Made by a program: the position numbers and the translations under genes. DNA of 63,757 nucleotides, the filler included, from Octopus bimaculoides (Eukaryota), in the NCBI RefSeq assembly GCF_001194135.2. It is 6 parts of 5 records of this genome, joined end to end, with 100 filler letters (N's around TTAATTAATTAA, not from the genome) between each part and the next. Parts side by side here need not be neighbours in the genome. Positions count along the whole stretch, not along the records: positions 1 to 30,722 come from NC_068983.1; positions 30,823 to 55,654 come from NC_068989.1; 4 more parts are not named here. One strand, 5' to 3'. Positions 26,120 to 37,530 of the stretch are shown here, in pieces (the stretch's first letter is position 1; each line of letters starts with the position of its first letter). The notes beneath the pieces are model-generated. The model did not search any database and had not been told where the DNA came from. It saw only the letters and a program-made list of their open reading frames with translations.

Positions 26120-26540
26120 AAAAATAACGAAACTCTGAGACTGTGATTTTCAGACGGATCGTGTAATCGAACACCATCGGCTCGATATTGTCATATAGAG
26201 TAAGAGAGACAAATACTGTCAGATCATTGATGCAGCCATACCAAACGATATGAATGTTGTGACTAAAGAGGTTCAAAAAATCACCAAGGACTCCGAATTG
26301 AAAATGGAAATGGCAAGACTGTTTGGAATGCGAGAGGGTAATGTAAAAGTGATACCGGTGGTGATCGGAACTTTGGGTTCAATTCTATTGAAACTTCAAA
26401 ACTTAAGGCAACTTGAAATACCATGCAAGACTGATATCTTGCAAAAAGCACGCCATATTGGGCACAGCGCACAACTTAGGGAAAATATTATCTGTCTGAG
26501 GTCCTTGTGATTTGACAGATGACTATTATTATTATTATCT
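26120..26540 (+). mobile_element. 3' end of an R4/Dong-like LINE (restriction-like endonuclease domain remnant) with a (TAT)n tail
   Basis: DCDFQTDRVIEHHRLDIVI* ... IIDAAIPND..V..KE.QKI ... KVIPVVIGTLG ... ILQKA.ILGT matches the RLE PD..D/E-x-K domain. Confidence 0.85.
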
Positions 26541-26815
26541 CCACTATTTTACATTACATATTACTCATGTCAAATTCTGCCCGTCAACTTTGATTTTCAT
26601 TGTTGTAAAATCGATTAAATATATATATATCTCGGAGACCCACTTCGGTGAAGAATGACCATGGGATTGCACTTAGAAATTTACCCTCCGAGGCACAAGG
26701 TTATTTATGGAAGGCCAGCAGTCGCTTATGCATACCGGGGATTCGAACTCCCAACCTCATGGTCGTAAGTTCGACGCTCTAACCGCTAAGCCATGCGCCT
26801 TCACAATATATATAT

Positions 26816-26863
<48 letters not shown>

Positions 26864-27793
26864 TATATGTCTGTATACATATATATATGCACACATACAA
26901 ACTCACACATTTGTGTCTGTGTCTGTGAAATATGTTCCGATGTCGTGTAGAAGTGTGAGTGCGTACGTATGCCTAGCAGGAAGCTAATTATATTGCTTTA
27001 TTTAGAAGTAACATTTTACCTATATTAGTTCCTCGGTCATTGGTGAGGTTTCATTCGTAGTTTGAAATGGCTTTGTTATTCAAGTGATAATAGCAGGAAA
27101 TGTGTGTGGTTTTCTTTGTAGGCAAATACGTTATTAAAATATAAGTCAAACACTGATATAAGCAAATAATAACAGAAATAGATGAATCCCAGCAGATTAA
27201 ATATTAGTGAATGTTTTCTCAGGTTTTGAATTATGGAAGTGTTATGTCTCCCCAGAAACTAATTCGTATATCACAGACTCTGGCAGATGATGCTTATTTG
27301 TTGTTTTTTTGTTTTGTTTTGTTTTTTGTTTTTGGTATGTAAACATAAAATGAGCTAGCTCTGTTGAACGCTGTTGTTTTTCTTGCTTTATTTAATCATT
27401 TGGAAGTGAAAGGTGTAGGTTTATAAGAAGGATGTGTTATCATATCTGACCTTCATGTCCTGCTTTTTATGTTAAGCTTGACATCCGTTAAAATCAAAAA
27501 TTTGTGTAGGAAATTCATGAGCAAGAGGGGAATTCTGTAGATAGGTTGTATCACTTGAGAGAAAAAATATTTTGGAATTACCATTTGGATGTCTGGTATT
27601 GAGACAAAGAAACGTTCAATATTCTGGTCATAATACATATTTGCTTAGTTCCGAAAAATGCCGGCCGTTGTAGGTATAATGGAGAGAAGAAATGACCAAC
27701 GATCAACTCGAATGTGTATCTGATTTATGAGTATTCTTCAGCCAGAAGGATATCTTATTTTAGATATAGTTTTGGTTCGCTGATTGATTAGAG

Positions 27794-28345
27794 CAGTGGA
27801 TCTCAACTGGGCCCATATAAGATGTTTGAGAGTCCACTTAGCAAAATAGAAATATTTGAGATCCACAATAGTATTTTAATGGCCCCTGAAAACGTTTGCT
27901 TTAAATGTACATATTGGTATGTATTGCAAAAATCAGCCAGGTTTCTTACGGAAGGGGAGCGCTAAGCAATGATAAGTAACATTGCAATGTTATTATCAGC
28001 CCGCATATGCTTGATGCACGTTCGAACTAGGGAACAAGCCACTCACTGCGTTTTGTCACGGAAAATTTATCTCACGAAATATATTCTCCGTGACAAACCG
28101 CAGTGAGTAGCTTATTCCCTAGTTCGAACGTGCATCAAGCATATTCGGACTGATAACATTGCAGCTAGGCTTCTGTTTCTAACATTTTACATAGTGCAAC
28201 CTATGCAAGTCGACGTGGGGGAAAAAAAATAGGAACTTTGAAAGAATTTTCTATTAAACTCATTTTAAACATGGAATGGTTGCCGGGGTCTTCCAGAACA
28301 AAATAGTCACCAAAGGGGTACACAGGTAAAAAAACAAAAAGAACT
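27794..28345. mobile_element. Degenerate hAT (Charlie-like) MITE interrupted by a hairpin insertion (27947-28161)
   Basis: The left end cagtggatctcaac resembles the CAGTGGTTCTCAA Charlie TIR. The right end is decayed. Host sequence cagc(c/t)agg(t/c)ttct is repeated on both sides of the insert. Confidence 0.55.
27995..28154. repeat. Near-perfect inverted repeat: 68-bp arms (63/68 matches), 24-nt loop
   Basis: 27995-28062 versus the reverse complement of 28087-28154, aligned by hand. Confidence 0.97.
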
Positions 28346-28731
28346 GTTGACAAAATTTGGTAACACAGCCATATGGGAAATCTACTACAAATCCCTGCTC
28401 TGTAGACGAACAATAACAGGGGAGATCATCGGTAATTTTGACCAAAGCTTAGTTACAGAAATATCTAGAGCTAGATATTTCAAGCATGAGTCGTTAATCT
28501 CCATGAACAGTAACATAAAAACATCCCAAAATACAGTATGGTGACCCATGCTCATCAATAGCACGTACTAAGGAAAGGTTTACACTCTAACATCTAGTAA
28601 ATCGCAGGATCTGACAATCTGAGATTCCCATTTCGCATGTTAAGCTCACATAGTTTAATTTCTTATATAAATACATTATATCTGAAGATGTCAATGCTAT
28701 TAGATGTATTGGCACGTATTAACTAAATAAA

Positions 28732-28773
<42 letters not shown>

Positions 28774-30204
28774 ATTTGATTTGTGTAAAAAGGTCAACAA
28801 GAAGAGTACCCCATCTAATGAGAGTGCAATATTAATGTATGCACTTCACTCCATATATATTACGCGCGCTACTAATAGTCTCACTAGATGATAAGTGCTT
28901 TCATCAGGTGCTGATTATTCTGTGGAACCAAGAAGTTTAAATAGAGGACCGGGTGAGAAGCTATGCTAAGCAAACCAAATTTAATGAAAGATTCCACTAC
29001 AGATGAGCTACCAAATTGAAGTGATGCAGAGCATTTAGATGGATTGAAATAGAAAATAAACATAAAATACAAATTTATTTTTAATTATAAAATTTGTAAA
29101 AATTAAATTAAATTATAAAGTCTCAATATGTGAAATATGAAAATATATTTAGATCTAGAGATTATCCAAAGGCTATACAAATATATACAAATACATAAGC
29201 TAATATACAATACATAAATTATACAAGTACATAGAATACAAATAAATATACGTAAATTGCATAAAATTAGAAGTACGAAAAATCTATGGTTTCTTTTATA
29301 AAGTCTATAATTATAATCTGTAAAAATTACATAAGGAATATGAAAGGACGGACAAAATATAATGTATTTATAAATATGAGATATAAATCGACACACTGAA
29401 AGAAGAAACTACGTTTATATTCCTAGTCTTTATAAAGAAAGGTAGAAAAACATGACCACGCAATCGGTCGAATCTTCCAATTTTTTAAGATCTATTTAAA
29501 CATGTGTTTACATTTACTAAGAATTTCTGACTTCGAGTTCAATATCATGTTTGGAACCTCGGATCTAAATAAAGTCTGCGCCCTTTAGGCCTAGCAAACC
29601 ATATATCTATTAGATCTATTCCTGTATTATTTAGACCTTTTTATTATCCTCCATTTGATCACATATCTTATACTTTTCTCTTTCGTGACCCAAATGTAGC
29701 ATGCCAACTTCGTGGTTTTGCTTTTCTCACTGTGGTGGAATGAAGCCATGTGGTTGGGTTAGCGATGTTTTAAAAATTCCTTCACATAGTCCGATGTATG
29801 TTCTTTTATTGTGTGTGAACAAGGGGTTATGTGTGGATGTATATGTGCGTGCTTTGTACTTGTATGTGTTTGTGAGTACGTGTGCGGTGTGCGTTCATTG
29901 TGTATGTGCGGGTGCGTGCATTTTTTCGTGTGCGTGTGTATAGAAATTAAATATAATAAAATAAGGTTGACAGGGGATAAAATAGAAATTAATACAATTA
30001 TACAAAAATAGCGCAATTGAAAAGTTAAAGAATACGACAGAAAGAAAAGGATAAAAAAGATAGAAAATCGAGAAGGGGTAACAATGAAAAAAAGTGAATT
30101 TAAGGGAGCATAAAGTAGGATGAACTTAAAAGACATACAATAAATAAAAAGAATGACAAAAAATAAAAAGTCACGTATTTTAAGGAGGTTGTAGAGACAG
30201 TCAT

Positions 30205-30530
30205 TAAGAGGAGGGGTTTGTATTTAGTCCGAAAGGGATTTGTATGTTTGTAGATTAAAAATGTTCCAGGCTAAGTCGCGAATGTGTGGATCCGTGGTGT
30301 AGAGCGAGGGGAAACACGGAGATATTAGAGCGGGAGTGGTTGGCCAAGCAGAAATGACGGGCGACGGGAGTGTTCGTAGGTAGCCGAAAATCTCTTAGAT
30401 GTACGGTGAACCGGTCAGCCAGCCGGCGGGCCGTCCGACCTACATATAGGTTATTGCAGAGATTGCATCTATTGTTAAATATGAGGCTAGGCGAAATGCA
30501 GGAGAAGGAGTTTGTGATGTGTATATCACA
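30205..30530 (-). mobile_element. Penelope-like element GIY-YIG endonuclease remnant
   Basis: ATG-less open frame IHITNSFSCISPSLIFNNRCNLCNNLYVGRTARRLADRFTVHLRDFRLPTNTPVARHF...LEHF, i.e. the FSC...C..C..YVG.T.RRL.DRF..H...PVARHF pattern. Cut at its 5' side by a SINE head at about 30525. Confidence 0.88.
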
Positions 30531-30700
30531 GGAGTGGTTTTGTGGTAAGTAGCTTGCTTACCAACCACATGGTTCCGGGTTTATTCCCACTGCGTAGCAC
30601 CTTGGGCAAGTGTCTTCTACTATAGCCTCAAGCCGACCAAAGCCTTGTGAGTGGATTTGGTAGACGGAAACTGAAAGAAGCCTGTCGTATATGTATGTAT
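30525..30700 (+). mobile_element. SINE family A head, ending at an assembly gap
   Basis: caggagtggtttgtggtaagtagc...ccttgggcaagtgtcttc...gaaactgaaagaagcc. Confidence 0.9.
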
Positions 30701-30722
30701 ATATATATATATATATATATAT

Positions 30723-30822
30723 NNNNNNNNNNNNNNNNNNNNNNNNNNNNNNNNNNNNNNNNNNNNTTAATTAATTAANNNNNNNNNNNNNNNNNNNNNN
30801 NNNNNNNNNNNNNNNNNNNNNN
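30723..30822. other. Assembly linker cassette N44-TTAATTAATTAA-N44 (artificial)
   Basis: Exactly 100 bp. The 12-mer has stops in all six frames. Identical cassettes at 55655-55754, 57600-57699, 58822-58921 and 62237-62336. Confidence 0.93.
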
Positions 30823-31721
30823 CATGGAAAGCGGACGTTAAACGATGATGATGATGATGATGATGATAAGAGCATTCAACAGTATAAAAAAGGGGGAAAC
30901 ACACAAAATAAAGACTAACAGGTTTCTGGTGTGTATCATTTGAAGAACAATAAGTTGCAAGACACTGTAATAGAACATATTCATCCAGCAACATGTATAT
31001 AAAGCTAGGCAATGGGAAGTTGCTCTATTTATGCGGCAAAACACACTAACAATTTGAATATAAGTAGTTTCATGCTAATCTCTTGAAGGTCACACTCATC
31101 AGTAATTAAGCAAATGGAACCATCTATCAAACCTTTCACTCCAACCCTAGTTATTAGTAGAATCTAAGGAAACCAGAGATGGGATTACTTTCAACATCAT
31201 TATTTTATGTCCACATCCCATCCTGGTAATGAGTTGGATGAGCCATAATGATCTAAGACAGTTCTATTTGGGGAGTTACAACTTTCTAGACAGGTCAGAG
31301 GACCACATCTTGCTCATAGGTCCCATTTTTAACATGGATTCTACAACTGGATCCCTTTATAACATCAACCATTTTACAAAGTATACAGAGTGCATTTTAT
31401 CATGCTACCATCACTAAAGAAATTGCCATGCCCTTAACAAGACTAAAGAGATTTTTGTATCTAACACCATCGCTATTTGTTCACTAACCACTTTACACAG
31501 TATACTGGGTGTATTTTATTGTGGCATCAGTACTGGAGATGTTGCTCTGTCTTCAACAATGAGTTCTTTCTACACTAAGTTATTTTTGCTTATTCACTAA
31601 TCACCTTATAGAGTGTAATGGGTGCACTATATTATGGCACCAGGACAAGAGAGGTTACCTTGTATTTTGCAAGGCCAGAGAGTCCCTTCTACATTATCTC
31701 CAATAAAATGTTCTGCATTTT

Positions 31722-32088
31722 ATGGAAATGGTTTGCTATTTCTTACAGTTTGAATGACCCTAAAGAGGCTTCTTCTTTGGCTTGAGAGGCTCCTTTCAGA
31801 TAGCAAGTAGGATATTGATACAAACAAGAGAGACATTTCAAACAGAGCCCTTCGTCCAATGAAGGTCCTTGTCCAAAACATCAAACTTACATTAGCAAAT
31901 TAGTTTACTATAAGGTAGTGGAGAACTTTGATGTTTTGAACAAGAAGCTTCGTTGGATTAAGGGCCCTGTTTCAGAAGTCTTACTTGGTTGTATTAATAT
32001 CCCACTTGATATCTGAAAAGAGCCTCTCAAGCCAAAGAGACCCTCTGTGGGGTCATTCAAACTGTAAGAAATAGCAGACCATTTCCAT
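31722..32088. repeat. Long imperfect palindrome (arms of about 165 bp), fold-back MITE-like
   Basis: atggaaatggtttgctatttcttacagtttgaatgaccc... pairs with ...ggggtcattcaaactgtaagaaatagcagaccatttccat; spacer about 35 nt. Confidence 0.93.
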
Positions 32089-32499
32089 CAAATCACACTT
32101 TACAATTTTAAAAAAAAAAAGGGGGGGAGGGGAGAAAGATGGACGCATCTTTTAAATTGTGGGGTCTGGAGAAAGTGACAATGCCCATGGGCTTTCCAGG
32201 TCCTCCAAACCAGTGACACTGACGCCCTTAATGTTCCTCTTGAACCAAATTAAGACAACACCAGCAGAAAAGATATGAGCGGAGAAAGAAATCCTAAGGC
32301 CTGACATTTTGGGAAGAACAGATTAAGTGTAGAGATCAGTGCAGAGGCAGCAGAATTGGACACATCTTGTCCTAGATGTACAAAAAGATGGGTTGATTAT
32401 GGCTGGAGAACCCTTGATCATAGATCTGCTCAAAGCTGACTTGGGCTAAACAACAGCAATAGCAACAAACACTCTGACATCAATGGTGAATCTTATACT

Positions 32500-32900
32500 C
32501 TCTCTCTTTTATTCTTTTACTTGTTTCAGTCATTTGACTGCGGCCATGCTGGAGCACCGCCTTTAGTCAAGCAAATCAACCCCAGGACTTATTCTATAGC
32601 CTAGTACTTATTCTATCGGTCTCTTTTTGCTGAACCGCTAAGTTACGGGGACGTAAACACACCAGCATCGGTTGTCAAGCGATGGTGGGGGGGACAAACA
32701 CAGACACACAAACACACATACATATATACATATATACGACAGGTTTCTTTCAGTTTCCGTCTACCAAATCCACTCACAAGGCTTTGGTCAGCCCTAAGCT
32801 ATAGTAGAAGACACTTGCCCAAGGTGCCACGCAGTGGGACTGAACCCGGAACCATGTGGTTGGTAAGCAAGCTACTTACCACACAACCACTCCTGCGCCT
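32500..32900 (-). mobile_element. Full-length, relatively young SINE family A copy
   Basis: Head aggcgcaggagtggttgtgtggtaagtagc, CORE-like ccttgggcaag and tail aatgactgaaacaagtaaaaga. Confidence 0.93.
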
Positions 32901-33111
32901 ACTGTTCTATAATTTTCTTCAAAGTGAATCAAAGGGAATTACTCATTAGTGAAAACATCTGATTTCAACCCAGTTTTTTTCAATTGTGTAAATAAATCAA
33001 TAAATAAATAAATAAAGGTTTTGAAGTGCTAAGAAACACATCAACAACATAGAAGAATGCAGTGCTAAGGAACAAAACCTCAAAATGTATAAAAGGATTA
33101 CATTATCTTAC

Positions 33112-33214
33112 TTGAATCTCAATATGGCGTGGATTGTCGATAAATTTTTCTATGAGCATTCGGTCATCACCAAAACTGGCAGCAGCTTCTTGCGTAGACA
33201 AACGGAATGCATCT
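33112..33214 (-). CDS. PCCA: PCCA exon ([35 protein letters not shown]); last PCCA exon found
   Basis: 103 nt, phase 2-0, tatAG...GTaaga. [23 protein letters not shown] matches PCCA rather than MCCC1/ACC (recalled). The seven exons sum to 735 nt in a single frame. Confidence 0.97.
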
Positions 33215-34613
33215 CTATAATGAACCAAGTGGGAAACATCAGGTATTAAACATTGTTGTTGTAGAACATCTGCAATCTGTTCTAAATCAGGTCGGAGCAA
33301 CATTTTTTTAGCAGGAAGCTTTAAGAATTTATCATCACCATCATCATTGTTACTTCTAAGTCCATTTGTTCCCATAATGTCATGGGCTGGAGGAAAATTC
33401 TGAAGGCTGTATTTTACAGAAGGATGTGTTTCCTCACATTATCCCATATTTATTTTTCAAGTAAATCCCAAGTCTTTACATGTCAAACCATTAAACTGAG
33501 TTCAAATCTTGCCAAGATCAACTTTGCCTTTCATCTCTTTGGGGTAATAAAATAAAGTACCAGTCAAGTACCGAGACCAATGTAATCAATTAGCCTCCAC
33601 CCTGTTACATTTCTGGTTTTGTGTCTCTGTTAGAAACGATTATTATTCTTGCAGAATCATTAGCATGCCACGCAAAATACATAACATTTCATCTGTCTTT
33701 ATGTTCTGTGTTCAAATTCCACAGGGGTCAACTTTTTTTTACATCCTTTTGGGGTTGATAAAATAAGCACTGGGGTCAATGTAATCAACTTAGACCCTAC
33801 CCTGAAATTGTTGGCCTGTACCAAAATTTGAAATCATTATTATTATGCTGGTAAGCTAGCAAAATTATTAACATGTCAGACAAAATGCTTAGTGACATTT
33901 CATCCTTCTTTACAATCTAAGCTTAGATTATGTCAAGGTTGACCTTGCCCGTCATCCTTTCACTTGATTACTAGAGATACTATAATCAACTAGACCCCTC
34001 CTCAAAATTTCAGGCCTTGTGTCTATAGTAGAAAGGATAATTATTATTATTTTCTGTTGTTCCAGATCTTTATGTTCCAAGTCAGTGATGAGATTTAAAA
34101 AGTAATGAAGAAATCTCTAACCATCTTAATTATAATAATAAAAATAACAACAATAATCATGGCTTCTAATTCAGGCACAAAGCTAGAAATTTTAAGAGGA
34201 GGAGATAAGTGGATAGCATCAACTCCAGTACATAGACTGGTACTTTATGTCATTGACCTCCAAACATCTACATATCCCCCCCCCACACACACACACACAC
34301 ACAAAGAGGATGAAAGGCAAAGTTGACCTCAGCAGGATTTGAACTCAGAATATAAAGAGTCTTAAGAAATGCCACGAAGCATTTTGTCTGAGACGCTAAC
34401 AGTTCTGCCAGCTCAATTCTTTCTAATTTTGGCACAAAGCCAGCAGTTTTGAGTGGAGTGGTTATGTCAATTACAATGATGCCAACACTTGACTGGTACT
34501 TTATTTTTATTGATCCTGAAAGGATATGAAAAAGAAAAGGCTATGTTTCGATGTAATGACAATTACTGTCATTGAAGCACATGGCTTTGTTTACATCTAA
34601 TCGGCCTTTTCCA

Positions 34614-34853
34614 TAAAGGAGGGATGGGAAATGACTGGGGAAGACGGTACGGTGAGCCTCACCGACCATCACTTTATTTCTTTCTTTCTTTCTTTGTCTC
34701 TCTCTCTCTCGGTCACCGACCATCGCTTTCTTTCTTTCTTTCTTTGTCTAAAGGTTCTTCTGTATCTATGAAACTTCCTCTCTAGTTAGTGGTTATGCAA
34801 AGCAGAAAGGCTCACCGTACTGTCTTCCCCAGTCATTTCCCATCTCTCCTTTA
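34614..34853. repeat. 46-bp inverted repeat (34614-34659 / 34808-34853) enclosing an internal direct duplication
   Basis: taaaggagggatgggaaatgactggggaagacggtacggtgagcct versus aggctcaccgtactgtcttccccagtcatttcccatctctccttta (2 mismatches). caccgaccatc.cttt(a/c)tttctttc occurs twice in the spacer. Confidence 0.95.
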
Positions 34854-35517
34854 CGACCTTTCATTATTTTTATGCACCCTTTTAAAGCCTAGCCACCCTC
34901 ATGGGCCTGGTTTCCCGGTTTCTATGGCGTATGTGTTCCCCACCAGTTGGATGGGACGCCAGTCCATCGCAGCTTTACTCAAGAAACAGGAAGAAAGAGT
35001 GACAGAAAGTTGGGGAAAAAGAGTACAGCAGGGTTCGCCACGATCCCCTGCTGGAGCCTCGTGGAGCTTTAGGTGTTTTCGCTCAATAAACACACACAAC
35101 GCCCAGTCTGGGAATCGAAACCACGATCCTCCAACTGCAAGTCCGCTGCCCTAACCACTGGGCCATTGCACCTCTAAAGTTTACATTAGCAGAATTTTAA
35201 CTTAGAACATAAAATGCTGGAAGAAATGCTACAAGGCATTTTGTCCATGCTAACAATTCTGCTAGCTCACCAACTTAATAAACATAATGATGATGTTAAC
35301 AATAATAATGATGAGCATCATTTCAAATTTTGGCACAAGGCCAGCAACTTCGGGGATGGGGGATGTCAATTACATTGCCCTCAGTAATCAACTGGTATTT
35401 ATTTTATTGACCTCAAAAGGATGAAATTCAAAGTCAACCTCGGCAGATTTTGAACTCAGAATGTAAAGACAGACAAAATGCCACTAAGCATGTTAACAAT
35501 TCTGCCAGCTCGTTGCC

Positions 35518-35518
<1 letters not shown>

Positions 35519-35573
<55 letters not shown>
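35519..35573. repeat. (TAA)n microsatellite
   Basis: Direct reading. Confidence 0.97.
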
Positions 35574-35955
35574 CCTCTTTACTATAGGCACAAGGCCTGA
35601 AATTTGGAGGAGGGAGATGCTTAATTACATCGACCCCAACACTCATCTGGTACTTATTTTATCAACCCTGAAAGGATGAAAGGCAAAGTCAATAATAATA
35701 ATAATAATAATAATAAAGGTTTCAAAAATTGGTACAAGGCCAGCAATTTTAAAGGGAGGAGGTTAGTTAATTACATTGATGCCAGTGTTCAATTGGTTCT
35801 CCTTTTATTGACTATAAAAGGCAGAACACCAGGATTTGAACTCAGAATTTAAAGAGAAGAAAATCTAAGCTGTAATGATTCTGCCACCCACCAGTGAAAA
35901 CAGCCAGAGCTAAAACATTGATATTGAAATTTGAAATCTTAGATCAAACTGTTAC

Positions 35956-36034
35956 CTTGCTTCTTTATCACTTCTGGCAATTCTCATCCCTTTTCCACCA
36001 CCACCAGCTGAGGCCTTGATCATAACAGGATAAC
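35956..36034 (-). CDS. PCCA: PCCA exon, ATP-grasp glycine loop (G-YPVMIKASAGGGGKGMRIARSDKEA-R)
   Basis: 79 nt, phase 1-2, aatAG...GTaaca. YPVMIKASAGGGGKGMR motif. Confidence 0.97.
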
Positions 36035-36451
36035 CTATTTATAGACAGTCAAAAGAGTTGTTATTTAAGGATGAACTCTGACACAGTTTATAATATTAGA
36101 TGAAATGGCTATAAGGTGAAGGTATTTGACTACTGTACATATAGCCAGGAGTTCTTTACAAAAGACAAATAAATGTGTAAAGTAACAGTTAAGGGGAGAA
36201 ATAGGGAAGGACAGTTTCAGATACACATACCAGCATGCATAGATATGGCAGACATGTAAACCCAACAGGTAGGTTTATAGGTAGTCAGAGAGAAAGATCA
36301 ATGCATGAATAGAAAACTAGACAGATTGGGTAGAGAAATAGCTTGACAAATAGTCAAATAGATATAAAGGTAGGAACATAGGCAGACAGGTAAATATAGG
36401 TAGAAAGATGGAAAGAAAAAGAGACTTTAAGAGAGAGAGAGAGAAACATAC

Positions 36452-36620
36452 CAATTTCATTAGCAAGTTGCACACAATGCTCAGCGTCTTGGACTTCACC
36501 ATCAAACCCAGGAATAAGGTTTACCTGAGCTTCACCTGCAATGCGTTTACTCTCAATTTTATCACCCATAGACTGGATAGAGGCACTGTTTGGACCAATG
36601 AAGGCAACACCCATTTCATC
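36452..36620 (-). CDS. PCCA: PCCA exon ([57 protein letters not shown])
   Basis: 169 nt, phase 0-1, ttttAG...GTatgt. FIGP...MGDKIESK...IPGFDG is PCCA-typical. Confidence 0.97.
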
Positions 36621-36664
36621 CTAAAAGGAAACCACAGAATGGTTTATAAATATTAATTCATATC

Positions 36665-36850
36665 AGGGGTGGATGTGTGGTTAAGAAGTTTGCTTCCCAA
36701 CGACATGCTTTTGTTCAGTCCCACTGAGCAGACCTTGGGCAAGAGTCCTCCACTATTGCCCAGAGCCAACCAAAACCTTGTGAGTGGTTTCACTAAACAG
36801 AAACTGAAGAAACTGAAAGAAACCTATTGTGTGTGTTTGTGTGTATGTTT
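36665..36850 (+). mobile_element. SINE family A-type head, 45 nt from the acceptor of PCCA exon 36452-36620
   Basis: caggggtggatgtgtggttaagaag...gttcagtcccactg...ccttgggcaag...gaaactgaaagaaacc. Confidence 0.85.
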
Positions 36851-37100
36851 TATATATATATATATAAATATGATTGATAGATAGATAGTTGTTGGATAGG
36901 TGTTGACTACTCATGAGTTGACAGGTTCTATTTTACATCCTGCAGGGTATCCAATCACCCTCCTTATCAAGCAAGCTTGGAGGGGTTGCTAGTTTAGTCG
37001 CCAACGACCCAACTATACAAAAGGCTGTACTAGGTTACATGTTACCATGGCTCTGATATAAGGACAAGCTGAAGTGTAACCTCTCAGCAGTCAATCATCA

Positions 37101-37530
37101 TTATCATCATTTAACGTCCGCTTTCCATGCTAGCATGGGTTGGACGATTTGACTGAGGACTGGTGAAACCAGATGGCTACACCAGGCTCCAATCTGATTT
37201 GGCAGAGTTTCTACAGCTGGATGCCCTTCCTAACACCAACCACTCCGAGAGTGTAGTGGGTGCTTTTACGTGCCACCGGCACAAAGGCCAGTCAGGCGGT
37301 ACTGGCAATGGCCACACTCAAAATGGTGTATTTTATGTGCCACCTGCACAACAGCCAGTCCAGGGGCACTGGCAACGATCTCGCTCGAAAGTCCTTACAC
37401 ATGCCACGAGCACAAGTGCCAGAAAGGTGATGCTGGGCACAGGTGCCATCACGAGTTAGCTTTCGCTTGCCCCAATAAATCTTCGCAAGCTGAGTTTCGT
37501 GTTGCCATCACGATTTCGCTTTCCCCAATA
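37101..37530 (-). mobile_element. RTE LINE 3' UTR fragment with (GAT)n tail
   Basis: Near-identical to 39280-39690, which is continuous with an RTE RT ORF. Confidence 0.9.

Larger units (their letters stand above)
33480..35890. mobile_element. Cluster of about 9 SINE family C copies/fragments (3 plus-strand, then 6 minus-strand) separated by (ATT/AAT)n
   Basis: Recurrent ggcagaatc.ttagc / gagttcaaattc...ggtcaactttgcctttcatcc / aagtaccag motifs and their reverse complements. Confidence 0.85.

Noticed and set aside
30767-30778. TTAATTAATTAA as a biological PacI/homeodomain or piggyBac site
   Set aside because: Always centred in exactly 44+44 N; assembly linker.
37158-37176. CTGAGGA-ctggt-GAAA-ccag in the RTE UTR as a hammerhead
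   Set aside because: The GAAA is the loop of a ctgg/ccag hairpin; no stem II, and it is antisense to the LINE.
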